Shown: in pieces, positions 29,339 through 39,997 of the stretch | Numbering within the stretch: the stretch's first letter is position 1 | Layout: the number at the start of each line of letters is the position of its first letter | Assembly: GCA_963737655.1 (NCBI GenBank) | Contig: CAVTTN010000002.1 | Coordinates: 7,232,001 to 7,296,000, forward strand | Origin: an uncultured Planctomycetota bacterium | GTDB taxonomy: Bacteria; Planctomycetota; Planctomycetia; Isosphaerales; Isosphaeraceae | Direction: 5' to 3' | DNA: 64,000 nt | Made by a program: the position numbers and the translations under genes | The notes under the pieces: generated by a model | Database searches by the model: none | What the model saw: only the letters and a program-made list of their open reading frames with translations | What the model was told of the DNA's origin: nothing

Positions 29339-30379
29339 ATGCGTTCTCGCTCCCGGGGCTTTACCCTGATCGAGCTGCTGGTGGTCATCGCGATCATCGG
29401 CGTCTTGATCGCCCTGCTTCTGCCGGCCGTCCAGGCCGCGCGTGAGGCGGCCCGTCGTGCCCAGTGCACGAACAACATGAAGCAGCTTGGCCTGGCGATC
29501 CACAACTACGTCTCGGCCAACGACGCGCTGCCGCCCGGCGGCGAGGTCTACTCCAACGAGTACCCGGCCTTCGGCTGGGCCACCGGGCCGCAGAACCACT
29601 CCATGAAGGTGCGGATCCTGCCGTACCTGGAGGGGACCAACGCCTACAATTCCGTGAACTTCAACGTCAGCGCCGTGTGGAACACCGGGCCGGCGTCGCT
29701 GGTCGATGGGTTCAACATCAACTACACGATCCGGCACACGAAGATCAACAGCTACGTCTGCCCGTCGGACACCAACGACCCGGGCCAGGGCAGCGACCCC
29801 TCCACGCCCGCGACGAGCTATTGCAACAACCTCGGGCTGAACCGGTACAACAGCAACTGGTCCGCCTCGGGCCCGACCTACTACCAGGGCCACGACAGCG
29901 GCCTGAGCCCGACCCGGACCTTCGCCACCATCACCGACGGCCTGTCCAACACGGCGATGTTTAGCGAATGGGTCAAGGGCTTCGGCCAGATGCAGCGCGA
30001 CGGCCTGAACATGGTCTACACGATCCCCAACGGCGTGACCACGTTCCCCCAGGGCACCTTCGGCGCCGATTACCAGCTCGCCAACCTCTGCCAGGGCACC
30101 AACGTCCGCTCCTGGGACTACAAGGGCGAGGTCTGGACGATGCACGACTCGGGCCGGGGCGGCGGCTACTTCCACATCAACGCCCCGAACCGAAAGAGCT
30201 GCCAGTGCTGCGGTTATGACACCATCATCACCGCCGGCAGCTACCACCCGGGCGGCGTGAACGTCCTGCTCCTGGACGGCTCGGTCAAGTTCGTCAAGAG
30301 CGGGATCAACCTGCTGACCTGGCAGGCCATCGGCACGATCAACTGGGGCGAAGTCGTCCCCGGCGACGCCTTCAATTGA
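29339..30379 (+). CDS. DUF1559 prepilin-type N-terminal cleavage/methylation protein
   Basis: [14 protein letters not shown]...[14 protein letters not shown]...[15 protein letters not shown] (H-X9-DG). Confidence 0.96.
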   Translation: MRSRSRGFTLIELLVVIAIIGVLIALLLPAVQAAREAARRAQCTNNMKQLGLAIHNYVSANDALPPGGEVYSNEYPAFGWATGPQNHSMKVRILPYLEGTNAYNSVNFNVSAVWNTGPASLVDGFNINYTIRHTKINSYVCPSDTNDPGQGSDPSTPATSYCNNLGLNRYNSNWSASGPTYYQGHDSGLSPTRTFATITDGLSNTAMFSEWVKGFGQMQRDGLNMVYTIPNGVTTFPQGTFGADYQLANLCQGTNVRSWDYKGEVWTMHDSGRGGGYFHINAPNRKSCQCCGYDTIITAGSYHPGGVNVLLLDGSVKFVKSGINLLTWQAIGTINWGEVVPGDAFN

Positions 30380-30790
30380 TACCCCTGGGGAAGGGGACGG
30401 CCGCGCAAGCGGTTGCCCGATGAACCTTCGGGTTCCTTCCCTCCGCCCGTCGATGGTAGGTCCGGTCGCGGGTGCCCCCCGCTCGCTCCGGGCCGACCCG
30501 GCCCTCCCCGTCTCGGGGACCGTTCTCTTCTCGGGCGATCTGATCCCGGATGGGCCTCGCCGCTCTCGGCGGGTCGAGGCCCCGGGTGCTATTCTTAAAG
30601 AATTCATCGAGAGACCAACCCGGCCGCTCAGGGGATCAGGCGGGAGTGCCCCGGCCGGGCCGCAGCGAGAGAGTGGACCCCCCACCAACGTTGTGATCAA
30701 CCCCGCCTGCCGGGGCGTCGGCCAGAGAACGCCGGCGGCCCCGGCTTCTTCGTTCCCGGGGCTGCGACGCGATCGGTCCGGCCCGGACGA

Positions 30791-32776
30791 TCAGCCCGGC
30801 TCGCTTTCGCGAGACACCGAATCGCCCTCGCCGGCCTTCTCCGGCCGGGTGATCAGCATCGGGATCTCCAGGCCGTGGCGGACCCGATCGACGGTCTGGC
30901 CGAACAGGAGGTCGCGGACCAGCCCGTGACCGTGAGATCCCACCACCAGCAGATCGACCGGCTCTCGGCGGAGCCGGGCCACCAGCTTGCCCGCGCGGTC
31001 GGGCCCGTGAAGGAGCGAGGCCGAGGCGTCGTAACCCTTGTCCCGGAGCACGGTCACGACGTCGGCGAGATACCGAGCGTCGGCCTCGGAGTGGAGGTCG
31101 CCGGTCTCGTCGCCGTAGACCCCGGTCATCGGCGTGTCGACGACGTGGAGCAAGCGGAGCTTGGTCTGTCCCGGGATGGCCAGGCTCAGGGCCCGGTTGA
31201 GGATCTCGGCGTCCCCCGAGGAGCGTTCCAGGGCGATCCCGATCGTCCCCAGGGGGCGGGGCCGCAAGGCGTCGGCCCAGTCCAGCTCGACGCTCTTGGG
31301 CTCGGCCCAGGCCGTCTTGGGCTTCAGCCACGGGCCCAGGGTGACGAACCCGAGCAGGGCGGCCGCCGAGGCGAGCACGCCGTAAAGCCCGGCCGCGACG
31401 AGCCACCAGAGCGGGACCGGCCCGATCATCCGGCCCGTCTCGCGGGCCATCCCCGTCCAGTCGCCGACCTCGTCCAGGACGAGCTTGGCGTTCAGGGCCA
31501 CGATCACCGCCGCCGTGAGCCAGGCCAGCGCCTGCACCCAGATCGGCGAGGCGAAGCCGCCCATGTGCTTCCTGCTGGACGTGAAGTGGATCAACGGGAC
31601 GACCGCGAAGGAGAGCTGGAGGCTCAAGACCACCTGGCTGAGCACCAGCAGATGCTGGGTCGCCCCTTCGCCCGAGATCGCCAGGACGGCCACCGCCGGG
31701 CTGAGCGCCAGGAGCCGGGTGACCAGCCTTCGCAGCCACGGGGCCACGCGGAGGTCCAGGTAGCCCTCCATCACGATCTGCCCGGCCAGCGTGCCGGTCA
31801 GCGTCGAGCTCTGGCCGGCGCACAACAGGGCGATCCCGAACAGGATCGGCGCGGCCGAGCCGAGGAACCGGGGCAGGAGGCGATACGCGTCCTGGATGCT
31901 CGCCACGGCCTCGGCGTTGCGGTGGAAGACCGACGCGCTCAGCACCAGGATGGCCGCATTCACGAAGAACGCCGCGTTCAGCGCCAGGGCCGAATCGACG
32001 AGGTTGAACCGGCAGGCCTGGGCCCGGCTCGCCCGATCGGTCCCGATCTTCCGGGACTGGACCAGGGCCGAATGGAGGTACAGGTTGTGCGGCATGACCG
32101 TCGCGCCGAGGATGCCGATCGCCACGAACAGCGAGCCGTCGATCGACCCTTTCTCGTCCTTCGGCAAGCTCGGCCAGAAGCCCCGAAGCAGGGAGGGGAA
32201 GTCGGGCCGGGCCCAGAGGATCTCGACCAGGAAGCAGCCGCCGATGGTGACCACCAGCGCGAGGATGGCGGCCTCCATCTTCCTCATCCCCCACTTCTGG
32301 AGCCAGAGGAGCAGGAAGGTATCCAGGGCCGCGACCAGGCACCCCCAGAGCATCGGAATGCCCAGCAGCAGCTTCAGGGCGATCACCGTGCCGATGACCT
32401 CGGCCAGATCGGTGGCGGCGATGGCGACCTCGGCCAGGAGCCAGAGGGCCACGTTCACCTTGCGGGGATACTCCGCCCGGCAGGCCTGCGCCAGGTCGTG
32501 CCCGGTGACCACCCCGAGCCTCGCCGAGAGGGTCTGGAGCAAGACGGCCATCGCGTTGGACATCAGCAGGACCCAGATCAGCGAATAGCCGAACCGGGCC
32601 CCGCCCTCCAGGTCCGTGGCCCAGTTGCCCGGGTCCATGTAACCGACGCTCACTAAATACGCCGGACCGAGAAAGGCAAAGAGCCGTTTCAAGGGATTGC
32701 GATGACTCGTGGCGACCGTCCCGTGGACCTCGTCCAGGGACTTCCGCGGCTCGATCCGTTCTATGCTCACCGCCAT
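30791..32776 (-). CDS. mntH: Nramp Mn2+/Fe2+ transporter with C-terminal USP domain
   Basis: VGYMDPGNWATD, MPHNLYLHS, GQSSTLTGT; USP tail LLVVGSHGH...LLFG. Confidence 0.95.
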   Translation of the reverse strand: MAVSIERIEPRKSLDEVHGTVATSHRNPLKRLFAFLGPAYLVSVGYMDPGNWATDLEGGARFGYSLIWVLLMSNAMAVLLQTLSARLGVVTGHDLAQACRAEYPRKVNVALWLLAEVAIAATDLAEVIGTVIALKLLLGIPMLWGCLVAALDTFLLLWLQKWGMRKMEAAILALVVTIGGCFLVEILWARPDFPSLLRGFWPSLPKDEKGSIDGSLFVAIGILGATVMPHNLYLHSALVQSRKIGTDRASRAQACRFNLVDSALALNAAFFVNAAILVLSASVFHRNAEAVASIQDAYRLLPRFLGSAAPILFGIALLCAGQSSTLTGTLAGQIVMEGYLDLRVAPWLRRLVTRLLALSPAVAVLAISGEGATQHLLVLSQVVLSLQLSFAVVPLIHFTSSRKHMGGFASPIWVQALAWLTAAVIVALNAKLVLDEVGDWTGMARETGRMIGPVPLWWLVAAGLYGVLASAAALLGFVTLGPWLKPKTAWAEPKSVELDWADALRPRPLGTIGIALERSSGDAEILNRALSLAIPGQTKLRLLHVVDTPMTGVYGDETGDLHSEADARYLADVVTVLRDKGYDASASLLHGPDRAGKLVARLRREPVDLLVVGSHGHGLVRDLLFGQTVDRVRHGLEIPMLITRPEKAGEGDSVSRESEPG

Positions 32777-32887
32777 GACGGCTCCCAGCCGGACCCCTCT
32801 CACCGCGACCTCGCCATCCTAAACCACGATGGTGGCGAACACAAGGTCGCGTTTTGGGGGCACCGTATCGATCTATCTTATCGCCGA

Positions 32888-32913
32888 AATCTAGATTTTG
32901 GTCAAGCAAAATC
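32888..32913. promoter_or_regulatory. Candidate metal-repressor operator upstream of mntH
   Basis: GATTTTG-N6-CAAAATC (32894-32913) overlapping the palindrome AAATCTAGATTT and a TTGACC on the minus strand. Confidence 0.45.
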
Positions 32914-33017
32914 GGTCCGATCGGGACATGGTACGCCGAATGCACTGATTTTTCCCGACGTCGGGCCGCGTCCCCGGGGACGAGAGGCCCAGACGAACCC
33001 ATCCAGGAGTGCTCCTC

Positions 33018-33443
33018 ATGAAACGCATCGCAGGTCTGATCGGCGCCGCGGCGTTGACGATCGGGATGGCCGCGACCCCGGCCAGGGCGCAGTTCTCGCT
33101 GTCGATCGGCAACCCGTATGGATATGGGACGGGGCTGGGCATCGGCAACTACGCCGGCTACGGCAACTACGGCTACGGCATGGGCGGCTACGGACTGGGC
33201 GGCTACGGACTGGGCGGGACGACGTACTACGGCTCGGGCTACTCCGGCTACTCCCCGCTGAACTACGGGTACGGGACGTCCTATTACGGGTCGAGCTACG
33301 GCTACCCGTACAGCTCGTTCGGGGGGTATCGGTCCTACGGCAATCCGGGATACGGCTACCGGAACTACGGCTACCGGAACTACGGCTACGGCCGAGGGAT
33401 CGGCGGCTTCGGGAACGTCCGTCGGGCCTTCCGCCGGAGGTGA
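33018..33443 (+). CDS. Secreted Gly/Tyr-rich low-complexity protein
   Basis: Signal peptide ending ARA-Q; GYG and NYGYR repeats. Confidence 0.85.
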   Translation: MKRIAGLIGAAALTIGMAATPARAQFSLSIGNPYGYGTGLGIGNYAGYGNYGYGMGGYGLGGYGLGGTTYYGSGYSGYSPLNYGYGTSYYGSSYGYPYSSFGGYRSYGNPGYGYRNYGYRNYGYGRGIGGFGNVRRAFRRR

Positions 33444-33585
33444 GCCGATCTCGGCGGCGGGGCGAAATCCCCGGAGGCCGATGCCTCGACTCGTCCCGCA
33501 TCGTACAATGGAACGAGCCGAGGGGCCGATCACGCCCATCGGCCCGTTTCGGTTCGGAGTCGATCGACCAGGTGGGGGCCCAACG

Positions 33586-34002
33586 ATGACGCGATTCCTG
33601 GGAGCGGCGGTCCTCTTCGGGACGATCCTGGCCGCCGTCCCGGCCCGGGCTCAGGTGGCCGGCGGGGGAGCGTCTCCGTACTACGGCCCCAATTCGGCCT
33701 ACGGGGCCCCGGGCAACTACGGGATGGCCTGGGGCTATTCCAGCTACGGAGTCCCCCGGACCTACACCTCGTTCAGCTCGCCGGGGCCGGGCTATGCCTA
33801 CGGCTACCAGCCCTATGGGTTGGCCCCCGTCCGCTATGGAGTGGGCCTGTGGAGGCCGGGATTCGCGACCCCGGGATACATCTACGGGACCGGCTATTAC
33901 CAGACGTTCCCCGTGCCGTTCCGGGCCGTCCCGTTCGGCTCGACCCCGCCGGTCGGCATGTACGCCCCCGGCTTCGGCGCCCCGAGCACTTACGGCTGGT
34001 GA
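33586..34002 (+). CDS. Secreted Gly/Tyr/Pro-rich protein
   Basis: Signal peptide ending ARA-Q; YG-rich mature part. Confidence 0.8.
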   Translation: MTRFLGAAVLFGTILAAVPARAQVAGGGASPYYGPNSAYGAPGNYGMAWGYSSYGVPRTYTSFSSPGPGYAYGYQPYGLAPVRYGVGLWRPGFATPGYIYGTGYYQTFPVPFRAVPFGSTPPVGMYAPGFGAPSTYGW

Positions 34003-35162
34003 TCGCCGCGGAGCCCGTCGTCCTCGCCCGATCCTGATCCCCCGAACACGGTCCGGGCGATGGCCACGGTCACGCCCGGACCCTTTTTCTTGGGGACGAC
34101 CAGCTCCGACGCCCCCGCCGCGAGCAGGGCCGCCGGCTCCGAAACCCCCGGGATGCCGATCTTGCGCCGGACCACCTCGCTCGGCGAAACGGTCCCCGTC
34201 ACCTCGGCGAGGATTTCGGGAAGATAGGCGAGCAGAGGGACATTTCGCGATCCGGCAAACGCGATCAATCCCGGCTCATCGGCCTTCAACGAGACCGTGG
34301 CGACGGCCCGGAGGCTGCTCAGGCTCCATCCGGATTCGGAAAATGCCTGCGCGACGTGAGAACCGATCGTCTCGGCCGGCACGCCCCGCTTGCAGCCCAC
34401 CCCGGCCACGAGCGACCTCGGCCGATAGACGATCGAGCGATCGGCGGGGACCGATTCGGGGATGGCCAGGCGGTCGCTGATGACCAGGACGGCCGAGAAT
34501 CCCCCGCGATGGAGGGCCTCCGGGTCGTCGATCCGGCGGAAATGAGCCGGCCAGGGGCCGAAGGGCCGCCACCAGTCGGGCTCGCCCGAATCCTGGATCA
34601 CGGCCACGGGTTCCCGGCGGACGACCGAGGCGGCCACCCGAGTGAGGTTCTCGGCCCGTTCGATCGTCCAGCCGAGGTCCCGGCCGATTCGATCGACGGC
34701 GGGCAGCGCGTGGGCGTCGCTGGCCGTGGTGACGACGGCCACGGCGCCGAGGGCGGCGGCGACCGCTTCGGCCAGATCGTTGGCGCCTCGTCCGTGGCCG
34801 CCGAGGACCGCGATGGCGAACCGGCCCGCGTCGTCCACCACGACCACCGCCGGATCGGTCCTCTTGTCGGCCAGGAGAGGGGCCACGAGGCGGACCACGA
34901 TCCCCAGCGCCATCACGGCGAGGATTTCCTGGTGTTCCCGCCAGATTCCGGGCAGGGCGAGCCGCAGGGGGCCGAGCCATCCCCGAACGCCCGGCTCGTC
35001 GGCGGGGAACGTTTCCGTTACGATCGGCGAGGGCGAGGGCCCTCGGCACGAGCCGACCACGCACGACGGGCCGAAGATGGTGGCGCCCGGGCGGACGCTT
35101 CGGAGCGTCCTCGCCAGGTCGAGGCCGGATCGCGACAGGACGAGGATGGCCGTGCTCATCAT
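33990..35162 (-). CDS. cbiG: Cobalt-precorrin 5A hydrolase
   Basis: MALGIVVR, DKRTDPAVVVVD, LGGHGRGAN, VTTASD, GVGCKRG, KADEPG, GVSEPAA. Confidence 0.92.
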   Translation of the reverse strand: MMSTAILVLSRSGLDLARTLRSVRPGATIFGPSCVVGSCRGPSPSPIVTETFPADEPGVRGWLGPLRLALPGIWREHQEILAVMALGIVVRLVAPLLADKRTDPAVVVVDDAGRFAIAVLGGHGRGANDLAEAVAAALGAVAVVTTASDAHALPAVDRIGRDLGWTIERAENLTRVAASVVRREPVAVIQDSGEPDWWRPFGPWPAHFRRIDDPEALHRGGFSAVLVISDRLAIPESVPADRSIVYRPRSLVAGVGCKRGVPAETIGSHVAQAFSESGWSLSSLRAVATVSLKADEPGLIAFAGSRNVPLLAYLPEILAEVTGTVSPSEVVRRKIGIPGVSEPAALLAAGASELVVPKKKGPGVTVAIARTVFGGSGSGEDDGLRGDHQP

Positions 35163-35222
35163 GCCCCGGATCATCGCGGATCGCCCCCTCCGCTCGCAAC
35201 GGCAACCGCTCGAGGCCCTGCC

Positions 35223-36541
35223 ATGACGATTCCGCCGATCGCCCGGGTCCGCCAGACCGCGCCGCAACCCCGGGTCGAGGACGTCCCCGCCGCGGTCCGC
35301 TCGGCGATCCTCTCGGGAGACCTTTCGAAGCGGGTGAAGCCCGGAGGGACGATCGCCGTCGGGGTCGGCAGCCGAGGGATCGGCGACATCGCCACCATCG
35401 CCCGGACGACCGTCGAGACCCTCCGGGATCTCGGCTTCCGGCCCTTCCTCGTCGCCGCGATGGGGAGCCACGGAGGGGCCACCGCCGACGGCCAGCGCCA
35501 ACTCCTGGCCGAATACGGGATCACCAGCGAGGCGATGGGGGTCGAGGTCCGCACGGCGATGGACACCGTGGTCCTCGGCACCAGCCCGATCGGCCTGCCG
35601 ATCCATTTCGACGCCAACGCCCATGCCGCCGACGGGATCGTGTTGATCGGCCGGGTGAAGCCGCACACCGACTTCCGCGGCCGATTCGAGAGCGGCCTTT
35701 TGAAGATGCTGACCATCGGCCTGGGCAAACGGGCCGGCGCCGAACAGGTCCACAAGCTGGGCCTCCGCGGGATGATCGAGGTCCTGCCGCGGGTCGGCGA
35801 GTTCCTCGTGAAGAACACGCCGTTCGCCCTCGGGATCGCCATCCTGGAGAACGCCGACGACCACCCGGCGGAGATCGTGGGCGTCTCGCCCGACGAGATC
35901 CTCGACGTCGAGCCGCGATTGCTCGACCGGGCCCGGGGCTCATGGCCCGGCTGCCGTTCGATCGGATCGACGTCCTGATCGTCGGCGAGCTCGGCAAGAA
36001 TTATTCCGGGGCCGGGATGGACCCGAACGTGATCGGCCGCTTGATGATCGAGACCCAGCCGGATTTCGACCGGCCCGTGATCACGCGATTGGCCGTCCTG
36101 GACGTCTCCGAGGAAAGCCACGGCAACGCGGTGGGCATCGGCTTCGCGGACCTGACCACGGAACGGCTCGTCGCGAAGATCGACGCGAACGCCTTCCGGA
36201 CCAACGTCCTGACGGCCTGCTTCCTCGAACGCGCCCGGGTGCCGATGGCCCTGCCCACCGACCTTTCGGTGATCGAGACCGCCCTGAGCACCTGCTGGCG
36301 GACCGACCCGGCCGAAAGCCGCCTCGTCCTGATCCCGAACACCCTGGAGCTGGGGACGCTCTGGGTCGGGCCGGCCCTGGACGAGGACGTGCGGGCCAAC
36401 CCCCACCTCGTCCGGGAGACGGATTACCTCCCGATGCCGATCGGCCCCGACGGCCGGCTCGATCAGGCCGCCCTCTTCCCCGGAAGCATCCGGGCGATGA
36501 GGAGGACGGCTCGCCCGGCTGGCCTGCCCACCAACGGGTGA
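35223..36541 (+). CDS. Lactate racemase (LarA-like) domain protein (frameshift near 35938)
   Basis: GSRGI, AMGSHGGAT, RVKPHTDF, then GKNYSGAGMDPNVIGR in the next frame. Confidence 0.8.
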
Positions 36542-36562
36542 GCAGGCCGGCGGAATCCCGGC

Positions 36563-37696
36563 CTACTGGCCCTTCTTGCTCGTCGGGTGACGATCTTCCT
36601 CGCCCCTCTCCGCGTTGTTCTTCGGCTCGCCCTTCTTGGTGCGGAAGAGCTTCTTCATCTCGGGGTCGAGCGTGGGATCGGCGAGGATCTGGGGGATCAT
36701 GTCGTCCTTTTCGGGGCCGGTGGCCCGGTACATCGGGACGTGGACCTCGATGCGGTCGGGCACGGTCTCGCCGCGGATCAGGGCCAGGGCCGCGTCATAG
36801 GCGCGGACGACCGGCTCGTGGACGTTCCGGTCCACGACCCCGGCGGCGACGTTGTACCGGGCGAGGTCGAACGTGATCTTCTCGTGCGAATAGCCGGCGA
36901 TGACGAACCGGCGCTTCTTGTGGTCGAGCTTGTTGCGGAACTTGGCGGCCCCGACGAGCGAATGATTCTCGGTGGCGACGACGATGGCGATCTCGGGATG
37001 GCTCTCGAGCGCCCGGGCCATCGCCTGCCGGCCCTCCTCGATCAGGCCGGAGAACGCGACGTCGGGCAGGACGCGGACGCCCTTGTCCTCGAACGCCTTG
37101 TGCAAGGCGGCGATCCGCTCGCGATCGTGGTCGTCATGGGGGCCGTTGACCAGGATCTGGGCCGGGCCATCGGCCGGGAAGCCGAGCGATCGCGCGTCCT
37201 CCACGGCGGCAGCGACGAGCTTCTGGGCCGTTTCCTCCTCGGTCGTGTAGGCGACCTTGGGTACGGGTTTGCCGTCGAGCTTGGCGTCGCGGTCGAGCAG
37301 GACGATCGGGACGTTGGCGTCCCGGGCCTCCTTCAGGGCGGTCACGACGCTCGGGTCGCCGTTGGGGAGGACGACCAGGGCCGAGATCCCTCGGGCCACG
37401 GCGTCGCGGATCAGCTCGGCTTCCTTGGTCGGCGGGTCGTCCGGCGAGGGCCGGAAGATCTCGACGAGGCTCTGGGTCTGGACCCCATGGCGGCGGGCGT
37501 CCTGCTCCCAGATCTCCAGCTCCACGGGCCCGGAGCCGGGCAGGACCACGCCGACGGTCCGGGTCTCGGAAACCGGAGGCGGAGGGAGATTCACGGTGGA
37601 AGTCCCCCCGCCGGCCCCGGGCCCATCGCAGCCGACCCCCCACGCCAGGGAGGAGATCGCCAGGACCGCCCACCCGCTCCGAATCCGACCGACCAT
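36563..37696 (-). CDS. RbsB/LacI-type sugar-binding lipoprotein
   Basis: Lipobox-like GVGC; LKEARDANVPIVLLDR periplasmic-binding motif. Confidence 0.8.
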   Translation of the reverse strand: MVGRIRSGWAVLAISSLAWGVGCDGPGAGGGTSTVNLPPPPVSETRTVGVVLPGSGPVELEIWEQDARRHGVQTQSLVEIFRPSPDDPPTKEAELIRDAVARGISALVVLPNGDPSVVTALKEARDANVPIVLLDRDAKLDGKPVPKVAYTTEEETAQKLVAAAVEDARSLGFPADGPAQILVNGPHDDHDRERIAALHKAFEDKGVRVLPDVAFSGLIEEGRQAMARALESHPEIAIVVATENHSLVGAAKFRNKLDHKKRRFVIAGYSHEKITFDLARYNVAAGVVDRNVHEPVVRAYDAALALIRGETVPDRIEVHVPMYRATGPEKDDMIPQILADPTLDPEMKKLFRTKKGEPKNNAERGEEDRHPTSKKGQ

Positions 37697-38121
37697 CGTC
37701 GAGATCCTCCCCGAAATCGCGAGAACCTCGCCCCGACCAGGCCCGATCGACCTCGACGGGGCGTGGCCGTCTCCCCTTCATCTTACCCACCCCGACCGCC
37801 CCCCGCCAGCGGCCCTGGAGGCGGGGAAGGGTCATTCCCAGGTCGTCCAGCCGAGGAAAAGGGACGGGCCCGGGCTGGACCCGGCCCGGGCCCGTCCCCG
37901 TTCCCCGTATCCTTTCCCCTCTGGCCGGCGCGTGTCGGCGAAAATGGGGAAGGGGCCCTCCGCGCCGCCCCGGAGCCCGTCCCTCCCCGGATTTCGCCTC
38001 GGCGGACGACCTGGGAATGGCCCTTGAAGCGAGGCCGACCCCCTCTTGGCGACCATTACGCCGATCCCTACCATGGAAGGCTCTCGACCGCCCTCGCATC
38101 GAGCCCTGCCCGGGAGCCGCC

Positions 38122-38967
38122 GTGGCCTCTCCTTCGCATCGAATCCGCCTGCTGGCCCTGGACGTGGACGGGACCTTGCTGGACGGCCGGGGCGGGCTGA
38201 GGCCCCGGACGGCCCGGGCCGTCCGCGACGTGACCCGCCACGGGATCGTCCCGGTCCTCTGCACCGGCCGGCGGTTCCGCCGCGCCCGGCCCGTCGCCGA
38301 GGAGCTCGGCCTGGACGCCCCGATCGTCTGCAACTCCGGGACCCTGGTGAAGGAGGCGCTCGAGGGCAAGACCCTCCTGCGGGCCGACTTCGACGAGGCC
38401 CTGTTCGGCCGGATTGCCGCGATGTTCCGGGCCCGGGGCGAGCCGGCCGTCAGCTTCCTGGACGACGGCCCCGGCGCGTTCGATTTCGCCGTGGCCACCG
38501 AGACGACCGGCCGCCCCCTGTTCGATGAATACGTCGATCTGAACCGGCGATTCGCGAGGGTCGATCCCGACTGGGGCGGTCCCGGATCGAGTCATTTTCA
38601 CGTCTGCGCCATCGGCGAGAGGCCGGCGATGCTCGCGTTCGAGGAGGCCGTGCATGCGACGCTTCCCGGGCTCGTGCGGACCTTCGTCCAGAAGAGCCCG
38701 GCCTACTCGGGGACGATGTGCGAATTGCTCCATCGAGACGCCAGTAAGTGGTCGGCCGTGCTGCACCTGGCCGATCTCTGGGGGATCGTTCCCGAGGAGA
38801 TCTGCGCGGTGGGCGACGACATGAACGACCTGCCGATGATCGCCGGGGCGGGCCTGGGCGTGGCGATGGCCCACGCGCCGAAGGCCGTCCTGGACGTGGC
38901 CGACATCGTGACCGGGACGAACGACGAGGACGGCCTCGCCGCGTTCCTCGAAGCCCATTTCGCCTGA
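38122..38967 (+). CDS. Cof-type HAD-IIB hydrolase
   Basis: LDVDGTLL, LCTGR, SKW, AVGDDMNDLPM. Confidence 0.92.
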   Translation: MASPSHRIRLLALDVDGTLLDGRGGLRPRTARAVRDVTRHGIVPVLCTGRRFRRARPVAEELGLDAPIVCNSGTLVKEALEGKTLLRADFDEALFGRIAAMFRARGEPAVSFLDDGPGAFDFAVATETTGRPLFDEYVDLNRRFARVDPDWGGPGSSHFHVCAIGERPAMLAFEEAVHATLPGLVRTFVQKSPAYSGTMCELLHRDASKWSAVLHLADLWGIVPEEICAVGDDMNDLPMIAGAGLGVAMAHAPKAVLDVADIVTGTNDEDGLAAFLEAHFA

Positions 38968-39009
38968 CTGACTGACCGACTGACCGCACGGAACGGAACG
39001 GACGTCGCC

Positions 39010-39894
39010 ATGATCGTGTACGAACCGTCCTGGACGCCCCAACCCGAGGCCGACGCCACCCTGGAGGAAAACTGGCTGTTCCGGCTCCGCCGAGAGCGAT
39101 TCCGGTCGAGGAATTCGGGGAAGGCGCACGACTTCTTCGTGCTCCACCTGGCCGATGTCGTCAACGTGATCGCCCTGACGAGGGGTCGCGAGCTGGTTTT
39201 GGTCCGCCAGTTCCGCGCCGGCTCGGGCCAGGACAGCCTGGAGACGCCCGGAGGGCTGCTCGACCCGGGGGAAGACCCGCTCGACGCCGCGGCCCGCGAG
39301 CTTCTGGAAGAGACCGGCTATGCCGGCGACGAGCCGAGGGTCCTGGGGACCGTGTGGTCCAACCCGTCGATCCTGACCTCCCGGGCCACCACGGTGGTGA
39401 TCGCCAACGCCGAACAACGGGCCGTCCCGAAGCTGGACGAGGGCGAGGAAGTCGAGGTCGTCCGGGTGCCGGCCCGGCGCATCCCGGAGTCCATCCGCAA
39501 TGGAGAGATCAACCATTCCCTGGTCGTCGCCGGCCTGCTCTGGTGGATGACCTCGGAGCTCCCCGATTCGCCGATGGAGGCGTGGCCGGGTTCGGGCTCC
39601 CCCTGGCTCCAGTTCCGCATTCGCTCGCTGATCACCCTGGTCACCGGCAGCGCCCTGGTCTTCGGCTTCGTGGCGAATTTCGGGGTCTTGCCGCTGATCG
39701 TCCTGGCGACGATCTTCCTGTTCGGGCTCTCTCACTGGCTGATCCAGTGGAAGCTGGATCCGCCGACTGATTGTCCATTGATCGCCGAAGCCTGGGTGCC
39801 GAAGCGGAAGCTGATGAGGGTCCTGGCCTCGTTCGGCCTGAGCTTCCTGATCTTCGCCGCATTGGCGATCCTCGTCTCCGTCGCCAGGCGCTGA
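39010..39894 (+). CDS. NUDIX hydrolase with C-terminal membrane extension
   Basis: Nudix box GGLLDPGEDPLDAAARELLEETGY; several C-terminal TM helices. Confidence 0.9.
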   Translation: MIVYEPSWTPQPEADATLEENWLFRLRRERFRSRNSGKAHDFFVLHLADVVNVIALTRGRELVLVRQFRAGSGQDSLETPGGLLDPGEDPLDAAARELLEETGYAGDEPRVLGTVWSNPSILTSRATTVVIANAEQRAVPKLDEGEEVEVVRVPARRIPESIRNGEINHSLVVAGLLWWMTSELPDSPMEAWPGSGSPWLQFRIRSLITLVTGSALVFGFVANFGVLPLIVLATIFLFGLSHWLIQWKLDPPTDCPLIAEAWVPKRKLMRVLASFGLSFLIFAALAILVSVARR

Positions 39895-39997
39895 GGGCGG
39901 TTCGCGGACCGCGTTGGATGAGGGAGTCGTCGGCCCGGGACGGTCCCTCGAACCACGGATTCCTCGCCGATCGAGGACCGACGGCGAGTCCGGCCCG

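Noticed and set aside
32777..33017. yybP-ykoY Mn riboswitch upstream of mntH
   Set aside because: I could not recognise its conserved motifs by eye; an Infernal search would be needed.
35163..35222. Cobalamin riboswitch for cbiG or the BtuF-like gene
   Set aside because: Upstream spaces are too short or coding, and no B12 box was seen.
37861..37898. GC-rich hairpin between divergent genes
   Set aside because: Single copy with no U-tract; no function can be supported.
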